From a virus (taxonomy: Duplodnaviria; Caudoviricetes), in the IMG/VR virus record IMGVR_UViG_3300010885_031309: a stretch of 64,000 nucleotides of DNA; one strand, given 5' to 3'. Below, one piece after another: positions 56,748 through 64,000 of this stretch; positions within the stretch are counted from its first letter, which is position 1; every line of letters begins with the position of its first letter. The notes under the pieces were generated by a model. It saw only the letters and a list, made by a program, of their open reading frames with translations, did no database searches and was not told the origin of the DNA. The position numbers and the translations under genes were made by a program.

Positions 56748-58118
56748 ATGCCGCTTACTGAAGGTCAATCATATTCTGGATATATACAGCTTGCAAATGT
56801 AACTAGTGCATCGCTATCATCAGGTTCATTGCCTGAGGGTATAACTGGTGGATTTGATCCAGCTACGCAAAAATTTAATTTGACAGGTACACCAGCCGCT
56901 GGTACTGGTGGTAATTCATATACTTTTGCTATTAGTGCAGAAAATAACTGCGATTCTTCATATAAGGTTCCAAATATTGCTATAAGTAATAATTACAATG
57001 TAACAGTACAGTCTGGAGCAGCAACTCCAGCACAAGCACTGAAGTTTTTCTACGACAATACTATCAAGTTAATGGCTCGTGATATTGATAATGTTCAATC
57101 CTGGGTTTCGGGTGGTCGTAATCGCAGAGATGGGTCATTTAATACAGCACAAATGATCAGCGAAAATAATACAAATTATGAGCTAGCTGTTGCCGGAAAT
57201 ACTGCATTCACTGATGGTCAATGGGGAGCAATTAAATCAACTAGAGCAACAACAGTGTTGGCAATTGGTCTTGGTATTGATGAATACTCAAACAGTCCCG
57301 TGGGCAGTGTAAAAGCGTGGAGCGATCTGACATGGAATAGTCCCACTGACTTATTAAGTATTATACCTCGTCAATACCCAGATCAAAATATTGGAACTAT
57401 AGTTCGTGAGTTTGGTTTTGGTGTAGGAGTGTTTAATGTTCCTAAACAACTATCTACGTTTAGAGATTTAACTATTAGTGTATCCAATGGATGTTCTCCA
57501 ACAAATGACAGATTGACCAATCTTCATTTGGCTTTTATTCCCGGAAATTGGAGGGCAACATCGTCTTTTGGCCCAGCAGATGCAGCAATTGTTGTTGGGT
57601 CTGGAGGTTACACTACAGTATATAACGGAATGTTTACTGTAACAAAGCATGTTACAGTGTCGGTTACTATTCCTCCAAACTCATTTGCTCTTCTGACTGG
57701 AGCTGCGGCTGGAACATTAATTAATGGATCTGATGAATTTTTTAATCCAAAATATAATATTATCGGCGGCAATGTAGTAGCATATGAAAGAATTTCTGAT
57801 GACGGTGGCAATCAGATGATAGTAGACTCAATAATTTGTAATACAAGTTCACTTTCATCACCCGTAATTTTTAGATTACCATATGCGGTTTCATATGAAG
57901 ACCCGGATAATGGCACTATAGAGAATCTGGGACAAATTGGAGAAAAATTTTCAATTAATATTTTTGAGCCCAACAGTAACTTTACTGGTCTTATCACAAG
58001 ACAGACCTCACATCCATACTTGTCAACATGCAGCAGTGGAGGTGGCGGCGGTGGAGGTGGCGGCGGTGGAGGTGGCGGCGGTGGCGGCCAAAATCCTCCT
58101 GAGCAGCAGGAACAATAA
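56748..58118 (+). CDS. Fibre-associated protein starting with a partial Ig module and ending in a poly-Gly tail
   Basis: 456 aa; N-terminal YSG.I..ANVTSA....LP.G....LTGTP...YTFAISAENNC; C-terminal run of ~17 Gly. Confidence 0.7.
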   Translation: MPLTEGQSYSGYIQLANVTSASLSSGSLPEGITGGFDPATQKFNLTGTPAAGTGGNSYTFAISAENNCDSSYKVPNIAISNNYNVTVQSGAATPAQALKFFYDNTIKLMARDIDNVQSWVSGGRNRRDGSFNTAQMISENNTNYELAVAGNTAFTDGQWGAIKSTRATTVLAIGLGIDEYSNSPVGSVKAWSDLTWNSPTDLLSIIPRQYPDQNIGTIVREFGFGVGVFNVPKQLSTFRDLTISVSNGCSPTNDRLTNLHLAFIPGNWRATSSFGPADAAIVVGSGGYTTVYNGMFTVTKHVTVSVTIPPNSFALLTGAAAGTLINGSDEFFNPKYNIIGGNVVAYERISDDGGNQMIVDSIICNTSSLSSPVIFRLPYAVSYEDPDNGTIENLGQIGEKFSINIFEPNSNFTGLITRQTSHPYLSTCSSGGGGGGGGGGGGGGGGGQNPPEQQEQ

Positions 58119-58148
58119 TTACTTTACTTACTAAATTAAAAATCTATT

Positions 58149-59576
58149 ATGAAATACATAATTTCTTTTACAAACAATACAACTCAGGAACATGTAGAAC
58201 AATATCTACAGACCAACAACATTACGGTCACAGAACATTTAATAAATTTGGGTCATGTGTATGTTGGTGATACGGACAGTGTTCCCCCACCTGATCAATT
58301 AATTGATTTCATTATGGAAAATGAATTAGCGCAGATCAGCTTAATGTCTGTATCTCCTACATCTTGTGCAGAAATTGACACCGCTAATGATGAAAATTGG
58401 TGGAAACTTTCTACTATAAACATCAGTGACTTTGAAGCACAGCGCATCAATCACTGCAAAAATATAACGCCAGTTGATGTTTATGTCATGGACAGTGGTA
58501 TCAACCATGAACATCCGGAGTTTGCAAATGTTGATATTCAGAATGTATATTCATATGACGGAACATTTAACGATTTAACTGGACACGGAACGGCAGTTGC
58601 ATCATTGATTGCAGGAAACACATTAAGTTTAGCAAATGTAAATCTAAAAATAGTAAAAGTTATTGGACAAAACAATCTCTACTTACTTGATTTATTGCGA
58701 GCACTTGATGCAATTATTGGAACAGCAAGCGCTAGCGAAAATATTGCAGTGGTCAATATGAGTTGGATATGTTCAAAGTTTAGTTTCTTTGACGCTCAAA
58801 TTGAAAAGCTTTTTGCTAAAAACATACTAGTAGTATGTGCTGCTGGAAACAATAATATGGATGTATCATTCTTTAGTCCAGCATCAATTGACGCGGCAAT
58901 TTGTGTTGGAGCATACGATCAGAATTTTAGACCATGCGATTATGCAAATTATACTGGAGCAATATCAACCTCTACGTCTTTATCTAATCACGGAAATATT
59001 GATGTATGGGCGCCAGGAGATGCTATTAAGGTAGCCACACTCACTGGTGAATATGCTGTTGCAGGAGGAACATCACTGGCGGCAGCAATACACACTTCTG
59101 CCGTTGCATATGCACTTGGAAGTTATTACAATTTAGGAACAGTTCCAATACATAAAAACTTTAATTTTTATACAGTTGTTGCAGGCATGTTAGCTTCTTA
59201 TAATTATGGATTAGTTGACTTTAGTCAGACACAGGGACAATATTCAAATATTATTAATTCAAGGACCACTACAGTTAAATCTCAGATTAATAAAGCAACT
59301 GATGTATTAATGTATGACACTGCAAATAAATTTATTGTAAAAAATAATGGTCTGACATTTGTCAAGTGCATGATTACTAACTCAGTTACTGATGTTACAG
59401 TAACAGGATTACCAAATGGACTGTCACTAACAGATGGTTGGATAGTTGGAAAAACAATCGTTGAATTCCCGCAAGATGAACAGATCACGCAATTGACATA
59501 TGAAGCAACGGTCCAGTACAGTGTACAAAACACTAGGTACACACTACCACTCACAATTGTTGTAAGGAAATCATAA
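58149..59576 (+). CDS. Subtilisin-family (S8) serine protease with probable propeptide and C-terminal Ig-like domain
   Basis: Catalytic triad VYVMDSG (Asp), HGTAVA (His), GGTSLAA (Ser); oxyanion AAGNN; no signal peptide. Confidence 0.88.
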   Translation: MKYIISFTNNTTQEHVEQYLQTNNITVTEHLINLGHVYVGDTDSVPPPDQLIDFIMENELAQISLMSVSPTSCAEIDTANDENWWKLSTINISDFEAQRINHCKNITPVDVYVMDSGINHEHPEFANVDIQNVYSYDGTFNDLTGHGTAVASLIAGNTLSLANVNLKIVKVIGQNNLYLLDLLRALDAIIGTASASENIAVVNMSWICSKFSFFDAQIEKLFAKNILVVCAAGNNNMDVSFFSPASIDAAICVGAYDQNFRPCDYANYTGAISTSTSLSNHGNIDVWAPGDAIKVATLTGEYAVAGGTSLAAAIHTSAVAYALGSYYNLGTVPIHKNFNFYTVVAGMLASYNYGLVDFSQTQGQYSNIINSRTTTVKSQINKATDVLMYDTANKFIVKNNGLTFVKCMITNSVTDVTVTGLPNGLSLTDGWIVGKTIVEFPQDEQITQLTYEATVQYSVQNTRYTLPLTIVVRKS

Positions 59577-59577
59577 T

Positions 59578-59877
59578 ATGAATTTCATTCAAAGATTGAA
59601 ACAAAGAAAAGAAGATGTTGCAAATGGAATTAATTCTGCAACTGATTACATCATAAAGAATGTCACAGAGGTTGCGTCTACTGTAGTAGAGACAGTAAAA
59701 GAGAATGTTATACAGCCAATAGTAGAGTTAGATGAAGCTGTGGTAAATCAACGCTTTGAAACATGTCTCAAGTGTGATAGATTTAACCATGAAACACAAC
59801 GATGCAACGAGTGTGGCTGTTTTATGAAGATTAAAACCAAATTCACTCAAGCAAGTTGTCCACTTAATAAGTGGTAA
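59578..59877 (+). CDS. Small Cys-rich metal-binding protein (DUF6171-like)
   Basis: CLKC...CNECGCFMKIKTK...ASCPLNKW. Confidence 0.7.
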   Translation: MNFIQRLKQRKEDVANGINSATDYIIKNVTEVASTVVETVKENVIQPIVELDEAVVNQRFETCLKCDRFNHETQRCNECGCFMKIKTKFTQASCPLNKW

Positions 59878-59891
59878 TTTACTCAAAACAC

Positions 59892-59920
59892 TTGAAAATC
59901 AATTCCAGATAGAGTAAGAT
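59892..59920 (+). promoter_or_regulatory. Sigma70-like promoter giving a leaderless transcript
   Basis: TTGAAA-17 nt-TAAGAT; ATG 59928 lies 7 nt after the -10 box. Confidence 0.6.
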
Positions 59921-59927
59921 ATCGTGC

Positions 59928-60110
59928 ATGAACGATGACACTTTATTTGATTTCAGTAATCTTCCTCCAAAAAAACGCAAGAATGTCGTAGACGATGTGC
60001 GAAACATTCTTATTGTGGAATTTTCAGGCGATAAAGCGGGAGAATTGGAAGCAAAACAACTATTTGAAGAACTGCGTCAGCGCGGTTACAAGATTAAGAT
60101 AATGACATGA
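59928..60110 (+). CDS. Hypothetical protein
   Basis: 60 aa; 4-nt overlap with the ABC/GNAT gene. Confidence 0.6.
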   Translation: MNDDTLFDFSNLPPKKRKNVVDDVRNILIVEFSGDKAGELEAKQLFEELRQRGYKIKIMT

Positions 60111-61228
60111 ATACCTCAAGAACTTACGAAGTTACACTAAAAACAGAAGCACCAAATGACTTCTATTGTTTGAAAGCCGCAAACAGTGTTGATTTGGATA
60201 TAGAGAAGAAGTTAACTCATCATCTAAAAGTCACTGCTGACATTGATACCAGCTACAACATTGGGCTGATCATAGGCAACAGTGGTAGTGGTAAGACAAC
60301 TCTAGCGAAACATATCTGGGGCGATGAGTGCTTTGACACTCTGTTAGACAAAGATCGCGCAGTCATTAGTCAATTTGACGAGTGTTATAGTTATGACGAG
60401 CGTGTTCAATTCTTGAGTGGAGTTGGATTAGCAAGTCCCACATGCTGGATCGCTCCAGCTAAAACACTGTCAAACGGTCAGCAAGCTAGAGCAGAAATAG
60501 CATTACAAATGGCTCGCACTGACGGTAAGTTTACTGTTATTGATGAATGGACCAGTGTTGTAGATAGAACTGTTGCCAAAGCAATGAGTCATGCCATTCA
60601 AAAACATGCTCGCAAAACAAACAAAACTCTTGTCCTACTAAGTTGTCATTATGATGTAGTAGAGTGGCTGAACCCTGATTGGATTATTGACTGTAATCTT
60701 CAGGAGTACACCGACCGGAGGTCACTTTGTCCGGGGTTTACCAGATCCGAAAAACTTGTTTTCGGGATTAGACAGCTTACGGACTCAAAAAGTTGGAGTG
60801 TCTTTAGCAAGTATCATTACCTAACTGATACACTGCCGCCCGGAAAAACACTGATGTTTGGGTTGTTTCACGAAGACACTCAAATAGGTTTTATAGCATA
60901 CAGCAATTATGTAATGTGGAAAAAAGAACACAAAGATCGGGGTTTGCCAATGGTCATGCATGCCAACAGAATAGTTGTACATCCAGATTATTGTGGATTT
61001 GGTCTTGGCGGTAAGTTGACAGACATTACTGCTGATTACATGCAGAACACACTAGGCTACGATGTGCAAATAAAACTAAGCAGTGCCAGTATGGCCAATC
61101 TACTAAAACGAAACACACGATGGGAACTGCGTGATGTTAGTAGAAATGTCAATAACATATGGGGCAATCACAAGGGTCGTGTTGGTCGCATAGATGTTAA
61201 GACATATAGTTTTAAATTTCATGGATGA
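60107..61228 (+). CDS. ABC-type ATPase fused to GNAT acetyltransferase
   Basis: Walker A GNSGSGKTT, signature LSNGQQ, Walker B TVIDEW, H-loop SCH; GNAT motif A RIVVHPDYCGFGLG. Confidence 0.85.
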   Translation: MNTSRTYEVTLKTEAPNDFYCLKAANSVDLDIEKKLTHHLKVTADIDTSYNIGLIIGNSGSGKTTLAKHIWGDECFDTLLDKDRAVISQFDECYSYDERVQFLSGVGLASPTCWIAPAKTLSNGQQARAEIALQMARTDGKFTVIDEWTSVVDRTVAKAMSHAIQKHARKTNKTLVLLSCHYDVVEWLNPDWIIDCNLQEYTDRRSLCPGFTRSEKLVFGIRQLTDSKSWSVFSKYHYLTDTLPPGKTLMFGLFHEDTQIGFIAYSNYVMWKKEHKDRGLPMVMHANRIVVHPDYCGFGLGGKLTDITADYMQNTLGYDVQIKLSSASMANLLKRNTRWELRDVSRNVNNIWGNHKGRVGRIDVKTYSFKFHG

Positions 61229-61231
61229 ATT

Positions 61232-61417
61232 GTGAACATTGTAATGAACCGCTTAACCACACTGTTAATATTGTTGATAATTAATCTGCTACTAACTGCA
61301 TTTATTTTTATTTTTGGTATACAGTTTAGCACAGACATTAGAGTTGAGTGTTCAAAATGGGTTGAAATACAAACAGGTCAACATACATACAGTGAACGAC
61401 TCTGTTCTACTCTTTAG
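61232..61417 (+). CDS. Small membrane protein (hypothetical)
   Basis: 61 aa with one long hydrophobic helix. Confidence 0.45.
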   Translation: MNIVMNRLTTLLILLIINLLLTAFIFIFGIQFSTDIRVECSKWVEIQTGQHTYSERLCSTL

Positions 61418-62255
61418 ATTGTTTACGATTCTTATATATCCAAATGATCAGTGGTATAAGAATGGTAGTTGAAATCCACTGCCAATATTTTAACAACCAC
61501 TGATATGCAATTTGAGTGGTGGTTATTTCAATATCTACTGTCTTCTTTAAAGTTTTGATATGATGCTCGGATTCTTCACCATTAAGCTTTATTAATGCGG
61601 TGATACCAATATCTATTTTATGTTTGCCAGCAGTGAGTGGTTTTAATGTCCATAGCCAACTGGTGTTTTGACTGCTACTTAATATCTGTCGTTCTGGTGT
61701 AATGTTCTTAACTTCAAATGCTGGCGCTGTTATATTAGCGATTAGTATTTTGCTGACTAATACTTGATTAGAGTAAATCTTACCACTTTCTGTCAAATCT
61801 TTTTCTAAGTTCTGTAATTCTTTCTGTAGATTGATTAATAATTCAATACGAACACTGTCATTGATGTTTGCTTTATCTGGTACAGAGAATGACATGTTTG
61901 CTGTACGCAATTGATTTGCTATATCGTCTTCGGATTGTGGTAATACGGTATCAAATTTTTTTGGAACTTTTAATAGTTTTGCAGTTGATGAATTTTTATT
62001 GGTGTTGCGAACAATTGCTGGTGATTTTTCTTCTACTGGTATTACAGCAACTGATGCTGGTCTAACGATTTGAGGTGCTGGAGCTGGCGATCTAAAAATT
62101 GCTGTTGGAGCAGAACGAGATTCCTTTTCATTAGAGTGACCGGAACTTGGCGGATCAGTGTTTATTGTTTCTATGCTTTGTTCAACAACTGTTGGTTTAG
62201 TAATTGTGGAGCATCCAGACAACAAAAACAGCAAGAATAATATTCTGAATAACAT
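61407..62255 (-). CDS. Lipoprotein with C-terminal transmembrane helix
   Basis: Signal MLFRILFLLFLLSG|C (lipobox LSGC), Pro-rich linker, beta-rich domain, C-terminal WQWISTTILIPLIIWIYKNRK. Late promoter CATAAATA at 62260-67. Confidence 0.75.
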   Translation of the reverse strand: MLFRILFLLFLLSGCSTITKPTVVEQSIETINTDPPSSGHSNEKESRSAPTAIFRSPAPAPQIVRPASVAVIPVEEKSPAIVRNTNKNSSTAKLLKVPKKFDTVLPQSEDDIANQLRTANMSFSVPDKANINDSVRIELLINLQKELQNLEKDLTESGKIYSNQVLVSKILIANITAPAFEVKNITPERQILSSSQNTSWLWTLKPLTAGKHKIDIGITALIKLNGEESEHHIKTLKKTVDIEITTTQIAYQWLLKYWQWISTTILIPLIIWIYKNRKQSKE

Positions 62256-62302
62256 ATACTATTTATGGCGCTACTGATACAAATAATTTGGCTTAAAAAT
62301 AC

Positions 62303-62332
62303 TTGACTTCTGAAGTCAGGTTGTATTAGAAT
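62303..62332 (+). promoter_or_regulatory. Sigma70-like promoter of the tmRNA gene
   Basis: TTGACT-18 nt-TAGAAT. Confidence 0.6.
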
Positions 62333-62339
62333 AAATACT

Positions 62340-62600
62340 TGATTGCTGTAGAGACCGAAAGGAAAGAAGCAAAGAGAAACGTGTTCCGGACCCGGGGGCA
62401 GTACCCGGCATCTCCACCTAAGTGTATTGGGTATATTTAGGTGGGGATGACACAGTTTCGACGGGGTAAAGAGTAACGGCGCGGACAGCACGGTAGATGA
62501 CGACCGTAAATCGCATAAAATTATAATTGCAAATAACGAGCAATTCCTGATGGCTGCCTAAACCGGCTATCGCGGTAGGACTTACCGGGCAACAGAAAAA
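62340..62600 (+). ncRNA. ssrA: Circularly permuted (two-piece) tmRNA, tag (A)ANNEQFLMAA
   Basis: The 3' acceptor piece (T-arm CCGGG-GGCAGTA-CCCGG, then CATCTCC-ACC, 62392-62418) precedes the 5' GGGGATG (62443), with a G3-U70 pair. Tag frame gca aat aac gag caa ttc ctg atg gct gcc taa at 62529-62561. Ends are approximate. Confidence 0.9.
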
Positions 62601-62603
62601 ACC

Positions 62604-62635
62604 TAAATAGCACCTTCGGGTGCTATTTATTTTTG
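62604..62635 (+). terminator. Intrinsic terminator of tmRNA
   Basis: taaatagcacc-ttcg-ggtgctattta followed by a T-run. Confidence 0.85.
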
Positions 62636-62694
62636 TGTCTTTCTTTACTAGTAATCTAAGATTATTCATAAATACTGTGAGGGAGATATATATT

Positions 62695-62853
62695 ATGAAA
62701 CAGAAAAAACTTGTCAGAGAAGTTTATCGTGCTTGCTTAGAACACGATGTAGAAAAACTTGCTGAACTTCGTAAAGAAGAATTTCGCAAAATATTCAAAC
62801 GCAAGGCTGAAGGGAAAGCGTTCAACACACGATGGACATTGGTCAAAATTTAA
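62695..62853 (+). CDS. Small basic hypothetical protein
   Basis: 52 aa from ATG 62695, with late promoter CATAAATA (62667-74) and GAGGGAG RBS; the ORF-track start at 62620 lies inside the terminator. Confidence 0.65.
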   Translation: MKQKKLVREVYRACLEHDVEKLAELRKEEFRKIFKRKAEGKAFNTRWTLVKI

Positions 62854-62906
62854 CCCACACTGAAACTTTCAGTGTAGGTTATTAGAGTCAAATAAGACAA
62901 TACTTT

Positions 62907-63785
62907 ATGACAAAATATCCAAAAAAATATAGAACAATTTGTATTTCGGATGTTCATCTTGGAACCAAAGATTGTAAAGCCGAGCAACTAAACAATTTTC
63001 TCAAACATAACAGTTGCGAAACACTATATCTAGTAGGCGATATTATAGATGCTTGGAAAATTCAGCAAAATCGTCTTAGATGGAAACAAAGTCACACTAA
63101 TGTAATTCGTCGCATACTAGGGCATGCCAAGAGAGATACTAGAGTTGTATATGTAGCTGGTAACCATGACGAATTTTTAAGACCAATGATGCCCTATGGA
63201 GTTAATTTTGGACAAATTGAATTGTGTAATCAAATAGTTCACTATGGAGTAGACGGTAAAAAATACTTTATTACTCACGGAGATTTATTTGATGGTATTA
63301 CTCGGTTGGCACCCTGGATTAGCTTTTTGGGTGATCGTGCTTATGATGTATTACTTAGATGGAATAGTAGATTTAATTGGATTAGACACAGATTAGGATT
63401 TGGTTATTGGAGTTTAAGTCAGTGGCTAAAACAAAGAGTAAAAAAGGCAGTAGACTTTATATTCAAATTTGAAGAAACTCTAACAGACTATGCTCGCAAG
63501 CGTGGATTTGATGGCGTGATTTGCGGTCACATACACAAAGCGGAAATAAAGTTGATTGATAATGTTTGGTACAGCAATACCGGGGATTGGGTCGAAAGTT
63601 GTACTGCTCTGTGTGAAACACACGATGGTGATTGGATGATTATTCAGTTAGTAGAAGATCAATTTCAGCCGGTGACAGTACGACCCGTCTATAGCGATCA
63701 AATACTAACAGGAGAACTGTGTGTCCTTTGGTTTGAGCAGAAAGGATTTTCTGTTTTACAATATCAAGATCGCGACTCAAAGTAA
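62907..63785 (+). CDS. Calcineurin-like metallophosphoesterase, LpxH/YbbF-like (UDP-2,3-diacylglucosamine hydrolase family)
   Basis: ISDVHLG, LVGDIID, GNHDE, THGDLFD, CGHIH and NTGDWVES. Confidence 0.82.
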   Translation: MTKYPKKYRTICISDVHLGTKDCKAEQLNNFLKHNSCETLYLVGDIIDAWKIQQNRLRWKQSHTNVIRRILGHAKRDTRVVYVAGNHDEFLRPMMPYGVNFGQIELCNQIVHYGVDGKKYFITHGDLFDGITRLAPWISFLGDRAYDVLLRWNSRFNWIRHRLGFGYWSLSQWLKQRVKKAVDFIFKFEETLTDYARKRGFDGVICGHIHKAEIKLIDNVWYSNTGDWVESCTALCETHDGDWMIIQLVEDQFQPVTVRPVYSDQILTGELCVLWFEQKGFSVLQYQDRDSK

Positions 63786-64000
63786 ATAGACTTTTAATCT
63801 CTACTACTAGGTTATCGTCTGCTACAAAGAAATCACAATAGTATCTACGAGTTTTTTCTTGCCAGTTGTACCATAGTTCTGGCATATCTTTTTTACGATA
63901 TTGTATTTGATTTTCTTGATATAGAGTTTTTAAATAGTCAAACCCAAACGGTTCGTATCCTTGTAGAGATATGACTTTGCCCGTTGATAGTGTATATTCT
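63640..64000 (-). CDS. Partial PD-(D/E)xK endonuclease, homing-endonuclease type; 5' end outside the window
   Basis: The frame stays open to the window edge: EYTLSTGKVISLQGYEPFGFDYL...RRYYCDFFVADDNLVVEIKSLFT. Confidence 0.65.
   Translation of the reverse strand, partial: EYTLSTGKVISLQGYEPFGFDYLKTLYQENQIQYRKKDMPELWYNWQEKTRRYYCDFFVADDNLVVEIKSLFTLSRDLDIVKQKILSAQTKGHTVLLLVFDRYRRVVLSPAEIDLLLTE

Noticed and set aside
28173-59554. Minus-strand ORFs inside baseplate and fibre genes (e.g. 31565-31945, 35592-35918, 48328-48834, 49024-49320, 59282-59554)
   Set aside because: Shadow ORFs from codon bias of the plus-strand genes; no independent motifs or expression signals.
62385-62420. Stand-alone tRNA gene
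   Set aside because: Only a T-arm and acceptor 3' strand are present; the pairing 5' strand lies downstream with a tag reading frame, which identifies a permuted tmRNA. No true tRNA was found in the window.
62171-62669. Minus-strand ORFs 62171-62491 and 62418-62669
   Set aside because: Antisense to the tmRNA and its promoter; no coding features.
1-64000. Stop-codon reassignment (alternative genetic code)
   Set aside because: Conserved genes, including a 4705-aa ORF, are intact under code 11 with high coding density; no fragmentation at TAG or TGA.

Overview
64 kb segment of a large, AT-rich T4-like myovirus genome, standard genetic code, probably infecting a Gram-negative proteobacterium. 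Left part, mostly minus strand: a tail fibre, the head module (major capsid gp23, scaffold gp22, prohead protease gp21, acidic core protein, portal gp20) and a probable tape-measure protein with a LAS/M15-type peptidase domain. Middle: a gp26/gp51-like pair, a non-coding palindrome- and repeat-rich region, a Holliday-junction resolvase, gp46/gp47 and the late sigma factor gp55. Right part, plus strand: the baseplate module (gp48/54-like, gp53, hub, gp5, gp25, gp6), a 4705-aa baseplate/fibre protein, Ig-repeat fibres, a subtilisin protease, an ABC-ATPase/GNAT fusion, a lipoprotein, a circularly permuted tmRNA and an LpxH-like phosphoesterase. Mobile elements: three inteins (two related HNH inteins 25 aa apart in the portal, one class-3 LAGLIDADG intein in gp46), two free-standing nuclease genes with a GNAT-like C-terminus, a GIY-YIG remnant and a partial endonuclease at the right edge. 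Best leads: (1) a slippery heptamer plus hairpin that would fuse the gp26- and gp51-like ORFs by -1 frameshift; (2) an unannotated ~330-nt structured RNA candidate next to an origin-like repeat/palindrome region; (3) the tandem portal inteins; (4) the two-piece tmRNA; (5) an Ig domain split between two in-frame genes. Family assignments come from motif recognition by eye; no database searches were run.
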